DNA of 64,000 nt from the human T2T-CHM13v2.0 reference genome, Homo sapiens, in the NCBI RefSeq assembly GCF_009914755.1, contig NC_060927.1; one strand, 5' to 3'. This document shows, one piece after another, positions 37,180 through 53,234 of this stretch. Positions within the stretch are counted from its first letter, which is position 1. Each line of letters opens with the position of its first letter. The notes beneath the pieces were generated by a model that was not told the DNA's origin, ran no database searches, and saw only the letters and a list, made by a program, of their open reading frames with translations. Position numbers and translations under genes: made by a program.

Positions 37180-40100
37180 TCTCCTAAGTTTGTATTAAAA
37201 TATTAATATTACAAATTCCAGAAAAAATTAAACTAAATTGGACACTCAAGCCATTGGCAGAATTTTATAATAATTTTATGCCCTAAAAGCCTGATAGGAT
37301 AGAACTGAAAAATGTCAAAATGAAATGAAAGCTGCAAACACTAGCTGTGGCTATATCTTGCTATGTTCATGGAAAAGTAAAAAAGCGAGAAAGGGCTTAT
37401 ATTAAAAACAAACAAAATCCTATCTATAGGGGAACATCGTTTTAAATACTCAAGAAAATCAACTTAGGAACTGGAAGAAATATTTAGAAGATTACTTTGG
37501 TGCAAATTAATAAGACAGTAACACTGTAAAGTTGGGAAGACATGGCAAACCTAAAATTGCAGGCTGAGATGTAAAGAGGACTAGTAAAAAGGGATGAAGA
37601 TTAAATAAGGAAGGACATTTGAAATGCAGCAGAAGAAGTGAAAGTATTATTTGTAGTAGAATAGAGCAGAATTAAGTGTAGAAAACCATACACATACTGA
37701 AGACAAATTTAAGAAGCTTTCCCAAAATGCAAACAATAGGAAAAACTGCATAAAATATATGGCGGATAGAAAGTGGAGATCCTAAAGTAAGACTTAACGT
37801 GTTTCTGGAAACTGATACGAGCAGAAGAAACAAAAATACAATTGAAGAACAAAATGTATTGAGGTCAAGCATGAAAGTTAAAAGGACCCACCAATTTCCA
37901 AGTAACTTCCATTTTAAAAATCACATTTAGAGACAGTGCCACTTTATTTTTTAAAAAAGATAAACAAAATTCTACAAGAAACTATGGAAAAATAAGCAGC
38001 TTACTTAATTTAAAGAAATAAAATTCAGATTGACCTTGGACTTTTCTACACTGAAATGTACATTGACTCAATTACTCTGTTTTAAGAGATCTATCTAAAG
38101 CCAATTTATATACTAAACTGTGCTATATGGTGTTATTTTTAACTGGAGTAAAATTTATACAGAAGTATACTAAATTATACTATTCTACTAAAAAGTTACA
38201 ATTAAATAAATAATGGTATATCCCTTTTTAATACTGTGACAGCCACCACTTAAAATCATGTTTTAAAATTAGAACATGCTCATGATATATTAAATTATAA
38301 AAAGAATACCGTCTTTGTATTATATGCCCCTAGTTTGTGTGTATATATGTGTGTGTGTGTGTATGTATGTATGTGTGTGTGTATGCACAGAAAACGGTCA
38401 ACAATGTTAATAATGGTATGTATCTCTTGAGTAAGCAAGAAATCATTTTTTTCCAGAATTCTGTGTGCACATGTTTTGACAATGATGAAATATTAATAAA
38501 AGGCAGATTGTAGAAAAAGAGAAGTTGGGGAGACGTTGACAAAAGTTTTAAATTTTCTGTAACGGCTTCTCATAGTGACAACACTACAGGGCAAGGTACT
38601 TTATACCTTCACATAGAAGGTTTGAAATATTTGCTATCCACCCAAAGAGCTGCTGGAAATTTAATACAATGGGCTGGCATAATCAAAAAAGTTCTTAGCT
38701 ATAGAAGATATTTTTTCAGGTATAAAATCAACTGAGTACTTAATTTAATGCCTATAAGTAGGAGAAACCTACATAGAGATATAAGGTAACCCTGGGAATA
38801 GCAATTAAAAAATCTGTTTAGAATGGTAAAGAAATGTGTAAAGGAGAAAATAAGTTTGAGCTAGAAATGGAACCCGTGAAACAAGCAGAAGACCTAGAGA
38901 ATTAATTTTCTTAGGAATGTGAGTAAGTGTTGTATTTGATATACTGGTTATGAGGACTGATAAAAGATTTAAAAGAAATGCTTCACATATGACTCAGTAT
39001 TAAGAATTAGATATATCAAAACTTTGTGGACATAGCTAAGAAGTACCTAGAAGAAACTTGGTAGAATTAAATGTTTATATTAGAAAAAAACGTGAAAGTC
39101 TAAAATGAATGATATATGATTCTAGTTCAAAAAAATAGCAAACTCAACCCTGGTTTGATTATTGCAGTCACATAAAAATAAAAATTTAAAGGTATGCAGA
39201 TTTGAAAGGAAGAAGTAAAACTGTCCCTGTTCATAGTTGACATGATCATCTATGTAGATCGTAAGGAAGGCATCTACAAAAAGCTACAAGAACTAGTAAG
39301 TTTACCAAGGTCATAGGCTACATGGTCATTATACATGAATTAATTAGGTATAAATACATGACATAGTATAAAACGCATTAGAAACAAAAAGAAATTTTCA
39401 TTTTTAAAAGTACTGTTTATAACAATTATTTTAAAATAAAATACTGAAGGATAAATCTAACAAAATAGGTACAGTATTTATACACTGAAAACTATAAAAC
39501 ATTTCTGAGTAAAATTAAAGATACTCTGTTTAAATGGAGAGATATCATATGCTCATGGTTTAAAAGACACCACATTGCTAAGGTATCAGTTCTCCCCTAA
39601 AAGACCTTACATATTTAACACAATCTCATGCAAAAATCTTACCAGGCATTTTTATGGAAATTGTAAACTGCATGTAAATTTTGTATGGAAAAATCAAAGG
39701 ATATAAAATAGCCAGAACAATTTTTAAAAAGAACAAAATTGCAAGAATCAGACTACCTGATTTCAAGACTTACTATAAAGTAGATTAACCCAAACAATTT
39801 GAAATTGATATATGGATAGACAAATAGATCAATAGGAAAGAGGGAAGTATTCAGATACAGACATGAACACATATGACCAATTGATTTTCAATAAAGAGTC
39901 CAAGGCAGCTCAACAAGGGAAAATATGCAGGTAATCTTTTCAACAAATGGTGTTAGAACAATTGGATATCTGTTAAAAAGAGAAGAATTATAAACCCTTA
40001 ACTCACACCATATACAACAATTGACTGAAAATATAGTTCTAAATGGAAGAGCTAAGACAATAAATCTACTTGAAGAAAACATAGAAAATCCTCCTAATGT

Positions 40101-40770
40101 CAGGCCAAGATTTCTTAGGATATAAAAAGCAAGAGCTTTCAAGGGAAAATATTGATAATTAAGTATTTTGGGAAAGCAGGAAAAAAGCCAAGCTACAGGC
40201 TGGGAGAAAGTATATTTTTAAATGTATATCTGATAAAAGACTTGTAGCCAAAATACATAAGGGACTCCTAAAACTCACATTAAAAACAAAAGCAACCTAA
40301 CTGACAAATTACCCCAAATCGCCAAAATAACCCAATTAAAAAATGGCCAAAAGACCGGAATGGATATTTGTCAAAATAGGATAAGCATATGAAAAATGCC
40401 CAATATCACTAATCAGGGAAATGCAAATCAAACTACAATGAAATACTACTTCATTTAGAATGGCTATTAACAACAAGATAACTGTTAGCGAGGATGTGGA
40501 GAGAAGAGAACCTTTACATACTTTCAGTGGGAATGTAAATTAGTACAGCCATTATGGAAAATAGTATAGAAGTTCCTTGAAAAATTAAAAATATAACTAC
40601 CATGTGATCCAGCAATCTCACTACTAGGCATTTATCCAAAGGGAATAAAATCAGTATGTCAGAGGGATATCTTCACTCCTGTTTATTGCAGCACTATTTG
40701 CAATAGCCAAGATATGCAATCAACCTAAGTGTCCATCAAAGGATAAATGGATAAGAAAATGTTGTGTATA

Positions 40771-41076
40771 GGCCGGGCGCGGTGGCTCACGCCTGTAATC
40801 CCAGCACTTTGGGAGGCCGAGGCGGGCGGATCACGAGGTCAGGAGATCGAGACCATCCTGGCTAACACGGTGAAACCCCGTCTCTACTAAAAATACAAAA
40901 AATTAGCCGGGCGAGGTGGCGGGCGCCTGTAGTCCCAGCTACTCGGGAGGCTGAGGCAGGAGAATGGCGTGAACCCCAGGGGGCGGAGCCTGCAGTGAGC
41001 CGAGATTGCGCCACTGCACTCCAGCCTGGGCGACAGCGAGACTCCGTCTCAAAAAAAAAAAAAAAAAAAAAAAAAA
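40771..41076 (+). mobile_element. Young AluY (AluYe-type), 18-bp perfect TSD
   Basis: CpGs largely intact; diagnostic gcgaggtggc, gaaccccagggggcggagcctgcag, cgacagcgag. TSD AAGAAAATGTTGTGTATA at 40753-40770 and 41075-41092. Confidence 0.95.
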
Positions 41077-41139
41077 GAAAATGTTGTGTATATGCACAGT
41101 AGAATACTATTCAGTCAGAAAAACATAATGAAATCCTGA

Positions 41140-41536
<397 letters not shown>

Positions 41537-43462
41537 TCACTCAAATGGAATCTAAAAATGTTAATCTCATAGAAGTTGAGAGTAGAATAGGGGTTACCAG
41601 AGGCTGAGAAGGGGACACGGGGTGAGGGGAAATGGGGAAAAGATGGGTCAATGGGTACAATATTACAGTTAGACAGAAGGAATAAGTTCTGTTCTATTGC
41701 ACAGTAGGATGACTATAGTTAACAGTAATGTATTGCATATTTCAAAATAGCTAGAAGGGAGGATTTTGAATGTTCTTACTACAAAGAAATGATAAATGTT
41801 TAAGGCGATGGATATACTACATATCCTAATTTGATCATTATACAATATAGACATGTATCAAAACATCACATTTTACCTATAAATATGTACAATTCTTTTG
41901 TATCAATCATAAAATAAAACCTAAAAAGTGAAATTTCTGTGTTACAAAGGGGGAGAACACAGTCTGTATTACAATTTTTTTAACTCAAAAGGTACAAAAT
42001 ATTTGAACAGATGCTTCAAAAAATATCAAATAGTTGTATAGAATTACATAAGTTTGTTTTTATTTTTATTATATATAAATATGAATGAAATAAGTACATG
42101 AAAAGATGTTAAACATTATTAATCATCAGAGGAATGTTAATTTAAACCACAATGAGATCTGCATACATACCAGAATGACATCAATTAAAATAACAGCTGA
42201 CAATACCAAATGCTGACAAGGATATGAAGTCCTCATATATTGCAAGTGACAATGTAAAATGGCACAACCACTTTGTAAAACTATTTGGGAGTTTGTTAGT
42301 AAGCATACACTTACCCAGCAATCATATTCCTAGGTATTCAAGAAAAATGGAAATGTACATCCTCACAAAAATTTGTACATGAACGTTCATAATAGTTTTA
42401 TACACAATAGAAAAAAATGGAAATAATTGGTGAGTTGACAAATAATGAAGTGCTATTCAAAAATACAATGGAATGCTGATACGTGCAAAAACCACAGATA
42501 AATCTCAAAAGCCTTATCACATAAGATTATATACTATATTTTTCCATTTACATAAAATTCTGGAAAGGTAAAACTAGTGGAGGAAACAGGTACATGATTG
42601 TTGAGGCCAGGAGCTAGGGAGGGGATGAACTGCAAAGAAGCAAAAGATAATTGGAACAGGAATGGAAATATTCTATATCTTGATTGTAGTAGTAGTTGCA
42701 CAACGGTGTACATTTGTCAAGCCATCAGCTTTTGCACTTAAAAACTGGTATACTTTGCGGAAAAGTATACCACATAAAACAAAACCCCCATACAAAAAAG
42801 AATAAATTAGGCCTTAGAATGAAAAGAATCTCAAGTCAATGTTGAGGAGCAATTTAGACGTGAATTTTTTAAATTCCACAGAGAAAGAAAGATAGTAAAA
42901 TAAGCCATGTGTGTTCAAATTTACAATTTCTGCTGACTTGAATCATCAGGGTATTTTAAAATCTTGCTGTAAATCAGATTCCCATGTTCCAATCTTGCAG
43001 AAGCCGGGAAAATTGGAGATGATGGTGCTATTTTGTAAGGGATACGGAAGTGGGCAAGTCTAAGGACTTGTTTATACACATAGACCAGGGAGACTGAACT
43101 TAGTACTGGGTAAAAAAAATAAAGGTCATCATGGAACAGATTTGCAAACAATGAAGTAAACAGAATAGCAGAGATTTGGCTTTGTAAAAAGAAAAAAAAG
43201 CGATTGTGCCAGACCACTTCAGCGCCTCTAGTTGCTGAATTGCAGGACTGGTAGTTGAACCAAAAGCAATAAACATAATGCATCTTGGCTGTGGTCAGAT
43301 ATTTTGATTTAGTCAAATATGAAGCCCTCACCACTAAAATTGGAAAATATGGTTTGCAGTACAGATACAGTACTAGCTGAAAAGTGATATCTGAATTGTC
43401 CTGGCATGACGTGGAGAGCAGAGGAAAAAGAGAAGTGTACCACACTGGGAATATCACTTTTG

Positions 43463-43980
43463 TTGTTGTAGTTGTTGTTGCTTGCTTGTTGCTTTTAATT
43501 TTTTTAGGTTTCAGATTCAGTAGGTACATGTTCAGTATTGTTACATGAATATATTGTATAATGGTGAGGTTTGGGTTTCTAGTGTACCTGTCACCCAAAC
43601 AGTGAACATTGTACCCAATAGGTATTTTTTAACCCGCATCCCCTCCTACCTTCCTCATTTTTGGAGTCCTCAGTGTCCATTATTTCCATCTTTATGTCCA
43701 TGTGTATCCTTTTGGGGTTTTTGTGGTTTTTTTTCGTATGTTTAGTAGAGACTGGATTTCTCCATGTTGGCCAGGCATGTCTTGAGCTCCTGCCTGCCTC
43801 GGCCTCCCAAAGTGCTGGGATTACAGGCATGAGCCACTGTGCCCGACCACATGTGTCTTCACTACTTATCTCCCACATATAAGTGAGGACACATGATACT
43901 TGATTTTCTTTTTCTGAGTTGTTTCACTTAGGATAATGGCCTTCAGCTCAATCCATGTTGCTGCAAAGGACATGATTTCA
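43463..43980 (-). mobile_element. L1PB/old L1PA 3' end containing a partial antisense Alu (about 43725-43848)
   Basis: Antisense L1 3' UTR motifs; degenerate TSD GGGAATATCACTTTTG / GGGAATAGCATTTTG. Confidence 0.85.
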
Positions 43981-44569
43981 GGGAATAGCATTTTGAATTT
44001 TGGGTGATGATCCTATGGTGTGTTTGAAGCATTAAAACGTTTGTATGGGTAGAACATGGGGTGAGAAATGTGTGTGGGTGGGGGTGGAGGGGTAGGGGGA
44101 ATTAGAGATAGATAAGGCCATAATACAGAGGGCCTCATAAAGTCCTCAATAAACCATGTTAAAGAGCAAGACTGTATCCTTGAATTCCCAGAAGCAGCTG
44201 GTGTAATCGTCCAGGCTGTCTTCCACCTAGCCCAAAGTTTTTTCAACTCTATCACTTGCTGCCTCTCCCTACCATTAAATGAGTAAGCAATATACTGAGA
44301 AATTAATAAAACTATGTTAAATAGACCACTTTTGAGCTCCATTTTAATGCTTGGAGAAGAGTCGGTAAGCATTGTAATTGATTCAGAAAAGAACCACAAT
44401 GTTGGAAACTAGAAAAAGGTAAACATTTGCATGGCTGAGTTAAGAGAACAGAGACATAAGAAACTGTTATTACAGGACTAGGATAGACTCATATACCAGT
44501 TACTAAGCAGGTTCTTGGGCAAGTCCTTTCTGTACATTTATTTTCTTATTTATAAAATAGGGATGATAA

Positions 44570-44887
44570 TTCAAGTCAATTATCTGTTATCTACAATTCT
44601 GAAGTTCCAAGAGCTCTGAAAATCAGAAGTTGGTTCAGTTTTATTTTGATTTCTTAAGTTTGTGGCACACTCATTTGATGGTGAAACCCAGGTTTCGTAG
44701 TCATTTATCAGTTAGTGTGAATATTTATGAATTCTGCAGAAATAATGTTTGATCTTATGGTGCTACCCTAAATTCTGCTGGATACATTTATATGTTATGC
44801 AAACTACTATTTTTCTAAAATCTAAACAATTCTGGATTCTGAAAATTCTGGCCCCTGTGGTTTCAGATAAGAGACAGTATGCTTGTA
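44570..44887. mobile_element. MER46C-like Tigger MITE inserted in a MIR
   Basis: ttatctacaattctgaagttccaagagctctgaaaa ... tttcagataagaga, with MIR halves on either side. Confidence 0.55.
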
Positions 44888-46752
44888 ATACCTTCCTCTT
44901 AGGGTTGTATCAGGATAAAATTTCTTAAGGCAGAACTCAGTAAACGATGAAGCTATTATTATTTATCATTAATTAAGCTTAAAAATTAGATTCCCACCCC
45001 CATCCCCGAGAATGAACAAGAATTAGCACTTGACGATCCTTAATTTTATTCTTAATGCTTTTATACTGTACTCTCTCGAGCTTGATTTATAGTATATCAG
45101 TTATTAAAATGGAATGTTTTCCTTAAGAAACTTCTACGCTGAACACTTAACCTTCATTTCTGCAATCTTTACATACTTGGAAGGATACCTTATTTGCCTT
45201 TAGGTATTAGTTGACAGACTTATTTTTCAGTCATCTTTCCTAAGGGTCATCTTACGAAATTCATGGTTAGATTATGCGTTATATACCTCCTAACGAAAAC
45301 ACGAATGGATATGCTTATTTTCTTCAAGTTCTCAATAAAAGGAAGTTCTTAACATGTCATAAAACAAGTTCTGTGTAAGTCTTTAGTTAAAAGCACTAGA
45401 GCAAAAATACCCATCTAGATTTCATTCAGTGTTTCCCAAGTAGAATTTTATTTTTGTGGTTGAAGTTTGGCATGTTTCCTATTTCTTCAAGCTATATAAA
45501 ACCCTTTTGCTGCGTCTAATCCATGGCCTGCGGACATGGAGGACTGATTTTGCAATACTTTTCTAGCATTGGGAAACTTCTAACTAAAAATTTTGTGTGC
45601 TGGAATACTTGGAAGAAAAGGAAAGGTCATTTAAACAAATACTATATTTTAAAATGAAGAAATAAAGCAACATTTTAAATGTGTGATTTTTGTTAAGATA
45701 CTTGCCATTAGTGAGAGTTAGGGTGGGACATATCAGTAACGAATCCGATTGCCACTATGGCTCTGCCCCCCCACCATCTTTCCTCTGGGAGGATGTTGGG
45801 GCCAACTTACGATTGCAACCTGTGTGTGTGTTTATCCTTTGTTTGGATACATGTTACTAGGTGCCCCACTCTTGGCCAGCAATTCCAGTGCCTGGGTGGT
45901 TTGCCTGAGCAAAGTGCCTGAGTGGCTAGGAATGTAGAGATAGGGCTTTGACCCAGAGCACAGGGATGATAAGGTTTACTATAGTGTAAGGATTAGAATG
46001 AAGGTTCTCTTCTGCTTCAGAAGTGGGAAGAGGAAGCAACACAGGATGGGATCTCTATCTGGTTCTAGGTCTCAGGCTTTCTCCAGCCCGTTTTGCCAAC
46101 TTACAAGCAACTAACCACCACTAAACTTCCTCTCCCTGGAGAAGGAAAAATTTCACTCACTTGTGAGTGAGAAGATCTGCATCCAGATCCTTTCTGTGCC
46201 ATGATTAGCTGTGCTACATCAGGCCCGGTGTTTTCAGGAGTTTAGGACCAAACAGCCCCTTTCAGCTCTTGCATTCTCCTAGTCTTTGACATCAGAAGGA
46301 AAGTGCAGGCGTTCAAGGGAGTTCTTGTTTTACAGTTTCAAGCGATCTGACGTCAGGCGAAATCTCTTCACTCTCTAACAGATATTCCATCTTAAAAAAA
46401 ATCCCATGAACCCTAATTCCTGTGAGTGTCTCTAAAGTATATTAAAGACTGGATTAATTGTAATCTAGGCAGAAATCTGTCTTTGTGGTTGTTGTTTAAT
46501 ATCACTCAGTACATGCCAATACTCTTCTTTCACTTAGCTTCTGGTAATCTATGAAGCTACTCGTGGTTTCATTCATTTAAACCCCTCTGAGCCTCAGCTT
46601 CTTCATGCTAAAGGAAAATAACAGGAAATAATGGCATAAATGTGTTTTGATAAACATAAAACCTTTTGTAAACATGGGGTTTTATTTATGATAGCACAAA
46701 ATATTAATATAACTTCCTCTAATAACATTGACATACGTCACATCTATAGTAG

Positions 46753-47085
<333 letters not shown>

Positions 47086-47371
47086 TAACTGTTCAACCTC
47101 CTTGAAGGTCAAGATTCTGTGGGCATTTTTGTTTGAGACCCACCTACCTGATTCAGACTTCTGCACTCCGATGGCAGATCAGTCTGCCTTTTTTTTTTTT
47201 TTTTTTTTTTTTGGCTGACAGTATCTAAGAATAATGATAAATAAATTCATGGCTTTCACAGTGGTTGAACTATTTAATATTAGTAATTACTAGATGACCT
47301 GAACTACTGGTTATCTTTACTCCTTCCTGCTTCCTTCTTTTTATTTTTCTTGCCTTTAAAATAAAATAAGA

Positions 47372-47709
<338 letters not shown>

Positions 47710-49294
47710 CTATTCTACTTGGCCCAGGCTACAGTTTCTTCAGATTTAGTGTTTTCCCAGAAAGATTCTCAAGTCTAGACCAGTTGAGACCTGGAAGGGT
47801 AAGAGAAAGGAGCACCAAATGAAAGAAATAATGAAAAAACCAGAAGAAGAAAAAGGAAAAAAAGATGAGAAGGCAAGTAATGGGTAAGGGGAATAAATAG
47901 AAGGCCTAGAGCATACTGTGGCCAATCAAATAAAGGACTGGGAGTGGAGGGATGAGGTATCATGAAGGCCACCTTTAGACGCTATATCCATGAATAAGTC
48001 ATGCCTCATATTCTACATCTCAGATCCTACAACAATTTAGCAGAAAAGGTCAGCAATGCCAAGAGTTCCCTTAGATCTGATATTATAGTTCCATGAAGGG
48101 AGACTAAACAGAGAGTGCTGAAAAGTGGAAGGTAAGAGCAGGATAAAGCATAAGCAATCCTCAAAGAGTATTGAGGGTGCCAAAGGTGTTGGGGGTTAGG
48201 ATACTTTATAGAAAAAATATTAAAATATAAGGATTGATAAATATAGAGAGTATAATTGTAGAGAAAATCAATGGAAGAAGAAAGAGAATGGATCGGAATT
48301 TAAAAGAAGAAAATAAAGTCAAAATTCTCTTTAAAAAACTATTTTTTACACATTAATTTCAAGTCCTTGCCCACATGGCCACATTATCCGTACATTTATC
48401 TCTTGCTTTTCACTTAACAATCTGCCATAAAGAATATTGCAATATAGATAGACTTCATTATCAGCCTCCCTAACTTGGTATTTCACCAAGATAACATACT
48501 ATTTGTAAGCGTTTTCCCATTTTTTAAACATAAAAATTGTTTTTAGTTTTAACCATAATAGATGATGCAGCAGAGAACATTTTGATATGCTTCACTTTTT
48601 ACTTTTATTGAATGGTTTTTGTAGACTGGGACTATAGGACCTAAGAGCTGTTAAAAACAGCTTTACGGGTCCCAGTTCTTGGAGCATCTTCTTTTTTTTG
48701 GAGCTCTGCTAAATATCACAATTTTATGAAACTTTACTCAGTCTCTTTTTTAAAATTGCATCCCTTTTCTTACACCCAACTTGGGACTCCTTCAACACAC
48801 AAACACCAGAACGTTTCTTATCTTTATAATCAACACAATGTTTAAAAGTTGAGGAGGAGGAAAGAAGAAGAAGTGGAAGTCATATCCTTGCTATCTTCTG
48901 CTTCTCAGTGTATTTGCTGGTCAGACTTTTGGGCAGCATTTTCTCAGTTAAACTGATTTTTTTTTAAATTAATTTGCTTATTTCCCTTTCATTTTCCAGG
49001 AAGCTGGCAAAATTTCCTCCACGATGAGGTCAGAGATGTAGTTATAGAGTTCCATAAAGCTTGAATCATTAATCTTAAACTCCAAATTATAGGACTGTTC
49101 CCTTAACTGTAGATGTGCATTCCAGCCCTTTCTGTTGCTATAAAGGTTATGACACCTTCATGTATTTGATATCTGGCTATGGGATCTGTTCGTTTCTTCA
49201 AGGATGCACATTTTCTTTATTATACAGACTATTTCTTTTGCCACCAACATCCTGTTCATGCAATTTCATTTTATTTTCTTTATTTTTAAGGTAA

Positions 49295-49492
<198 letters not shown>

Positions 49493-50452
49493 TAGACTTG
49501 AGAGAACATCTGTTTCAGCAACAGGGATGTTTCTAGCATCTATCACTGTCTTAGTTCTTGTCATCAAATATATAATATTTTTGTATTTTTTTCTACCTGT
49601 TCTCCACATGCTTTCCCTTCAGAATACCTAAATATGCACTGAATCAACTTGGTAACATGGCTCTGTGTCCATATTCCCATCTTAAGGGCAGATAACAATT
49701 GAACTGGCAATTGGGTGTATACATGAGATTGTTTTATCCAACTGGCAATTGGACGGGTAGTGGATAAGCAATAGTAGTGGATGCAAGTGTTACCATAAGT
49801 GGGAAAGCCTAAGAGGGATCTCTTAGCTGAAGTTTGAATGAACAGATGATAGATTTGTAAATCTGTTGCATGAAGCAGAGTAGTGTGGTTGAAAGTACAC
49901 TGGTGTAACAGGACCCAAGTTCTTTGGTTTGCTGGCTTGCTGTGTGGACCTTCGGCAACTCTCTCTCTCTAGGCTTCAGTTGCCTTACCCGTACGTATGT
50001 ACTTTGGACTAGATTATGTTTAATTCTGAGAACATTTTGAGCTCTAAGATGTTATTAATGGAAGTATATATTCAAATCTATATTGTACTGTTTTATCCAC
50101 ACAGGGAAAATATTCTTGGAGCATTGCTACTGTTTTTGGCAATTATCCCCAGTTTTCCCTTTTCAGTGATATTCATGAAGGTGGTATAGCCTATTTGAAT
50201 TACATGATGTGGATCAGCTTACAAACGAACAGGATCAAAGATCACAAAATGTTAAAGCCTGTCTCACCTAAGGTAGTGTTCAGTGTTGCAAACATTAGCT
50301 TTAAGCTTCCCCGCAGGCAAGATGAAGAAAAATCTACAACAGGGTTCAGAGTTTGCCCTTTTAGGAGGAAGCGTATCACTTCATCAGAAGTGGAATTCCT
50401 TAAATAGAGGGAAGAACTGAGAAGGAACAACGTCAGTTTAAACCCTTGTTAA

Positions 50453-50590
<138 letters not shown>

Positions 50591-51161
50591 TAAGTGGCGT
50601 ATGTAAAATTGTCATTCTACACAAAAAATCACGAGCAGAGGGCAAAGTGAAATCGTGGCTGCTTTATCATTAATTTTGCATGTGCAGCGGAGAGCTTGTC
50701 CTTTGTGCTCTAAATCCTTGCTACAAACGGTTACATAAAAGATCTAAGAAAGTGGAGACAAAGGAAGGTGGGTAAAGTTAGAAGGAAAAAAAGAGCTAGA
50801 AAAGTGTGCAAGTCACTTCATACCTGAATTCTTGACATTTGACTGGAATTGTTCTGATTAGACCATGGTCCTCAAGGCATTTCACAGTTTTTTTTAAGTC
50901 TGCGCTGCCTTAGGGGATTTTATCCTTGAGACATCCACTGGCTTAACTCAAGTTTCCTTCAAAATATGTAGCTAAATACAGCTGTTCAGCTAATAGCTCA
51001 GAGGTTCTTTGGAGAACAAATGGAATGTTGTTTACTAATATTACTTGTGGCATGTTAGCACTTTTGTGTTCTGCCAAGTGCTTTTGGGTCCATTCTCAAA
51101 GCCGCCATGGCTAAGCTGGTAGTACGTTGGCGATGGCCCATATGGGAAGTGGAAGTGGTAG

Positions 51162-51368
<207 letters not shown>

Positions 51369-51930
51369 TAGATGTAGTGGCCAAATGGGGTAGGGTTGAA
51401 TCTTCTCCAGATGTTGGAGAATGGGGTGATATTGGAGAAGCTGCATGATAAGACCTGTGACCTTCAGCAGCAAGTGGGACGTCAGCCCTCAGAGCCAGTG
51501 AGAATAGGTATAGCATTGAAGTGGACTCCAGGCATGTACTACAGCTTTACAAAAACAAGTAGTCATTGTGACAATTTCTCAGTCCAGGGATTCTCAAAAT
51601 GTGACTTCCACACCAGTAGCATAAACATCATCTATTCACAGACACACACCAGCAAGATACGGGCTTTCCTGCAACATTACTTAAGCCAAAGGCTATTTCC
51701 CAGCATACTGAATTTCTTTTATGTATTCTTCCCTACCATCCTTCCACCTCCTTATTGCTAGGATCACAATCAATGTAAAAACAATTGTCCCCAGTTAAAT
51801 GGACGCTTAGGGCTAGAGCCTCTAATCTTACATGTGTTGCTGGTACTACTGTCTTTTTAATATGTATATTAAATCTGATTAACATTAATATTTAATTATT
51901 AAGTATATTTAATATGCATTAGTGCTTTAG

Positions 51931-52089
<159 letters not shown>

Positions 52090-52157
52090 TAACCTTCTTT
52101 GAATGGGCTTTTACAGTATGATCATCATCTCATTATCTGTGACAATGGGAAAGGAGG

Positions 52158-52520
52158 TGTCTTAGTCAGTTGAAGCTGCTACAACAAACTACCGTAGACT
52201 AGATGGCTTATAAACAACAGAAGTTTATTTTCTAGAGTCTGGAAGTCTGAGATCAAGGTGCCCCTATGGTCGGGTTCTGGTGAGAGTTCTCTTCTGAGTT
52301 GCAAACTGCCATTTTCTCCTTGTATTCTCATATAGTGGAGAGGGCTAGAGAGCTCTCTAGGGTGTTTTTTTTTTTTTTATAAGGGCAAAATCCCATTTAT
52401 GAAGGCTCCACTCTCATTACCTAAATTACTTCCCAAAGGACTCACCTTCTAATGTCATCACAATGGGGTTAAAATTTCCATCTGTGAACTTTGGAAGGAC
52501 AGAAACCTTCAGTCCATAAT
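52158..52520 (-). mobile_element. MLT1A-type MaLR LTR in intron 9
   Basis: tgtcttagtcag...gctgctacaacaaactaccgtagact...ttcagtccata matches antisense MLT1A. Confidence 0.8.
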
Positions 52521-52892
52521 GGGGAAGAGGGGAGACGGTTGAGAGCTGGTGATACAAAGGAGAGAAAATATGTGTTTTTTAAAATTAGAATATTATTCTT
52601 TCTCTCCACAGTTTTGGACTGTATTACTAGCATGAGCTTCTCTACTTACCTACCCACCCAACTAAAGCTAAACTCCTAACAGAATTTTTCTTACCCTAAT
52701 ATTTAAAATTAATTTGTCCTTCATTATTTGAGAATGATAAGATTATCCTAGGCAGCATGGCCATAGAAATTTAGGCCGAAAATGTTGTCAGAAAAAGTTC
52801 ACAAAATTGATAATGCAGCAATGATAGCCTTGACTTTGATGTCTTTTAGGCAGCACTATAAAGAAAGCCAAGCAAGGCAGAAGCCTGAATTA

Positions 52893-53234
52893 CAGTCAGC
52901 CCTCCCTATCTGCCTGTTCCATATCTGCAGATTCAACCAATCACAGATCAAAAATAGTTGGAAAAAAACAATAAAAAAATACACCAATCAAAATAATACA
53001 AATATAACAACAATATAGTATAACAACTAATTGCATGGCATTTACATTATATTAGATATTATAAGTAATCTAGAGGTAATTTTAAACTATACAGAGGATA
53101 TGCATAGGTTACGTGCAAATACTACACCATTTTATATAAGGGACTTGAGCAACCTAGGATTTTAGTATCCATGGGGGCCAGATGGGGGTGGGTAGTCCTG
53201 GAATCAATGCTCTGCTGATATCAAAAGACAACTG
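52893..53234 (-). mobile_element. MER2-like Tigger MITE
   Basis: TA-cagtcagccctcc...gacaactg termini; internal ataagtaatctagag and ttatataagggacttgagca. Confidence 0.82.

Noticed and set aside
43221-43234. Possible reverse CTCF motif AGCGCCTCTAGTTG converging with the 6047 site
   Set aside because: Needs about five mismatches or a gap against the CTCF core; too weak to propose a loop.
42921-43598. Longest ORF in the track (225 aa, minus strand)
   Set aside because: Starts inside an L1 3' UTR, crosses a (CAA)n-derived Thr run, shows no recognisable domain, and has no promoter or splice support.
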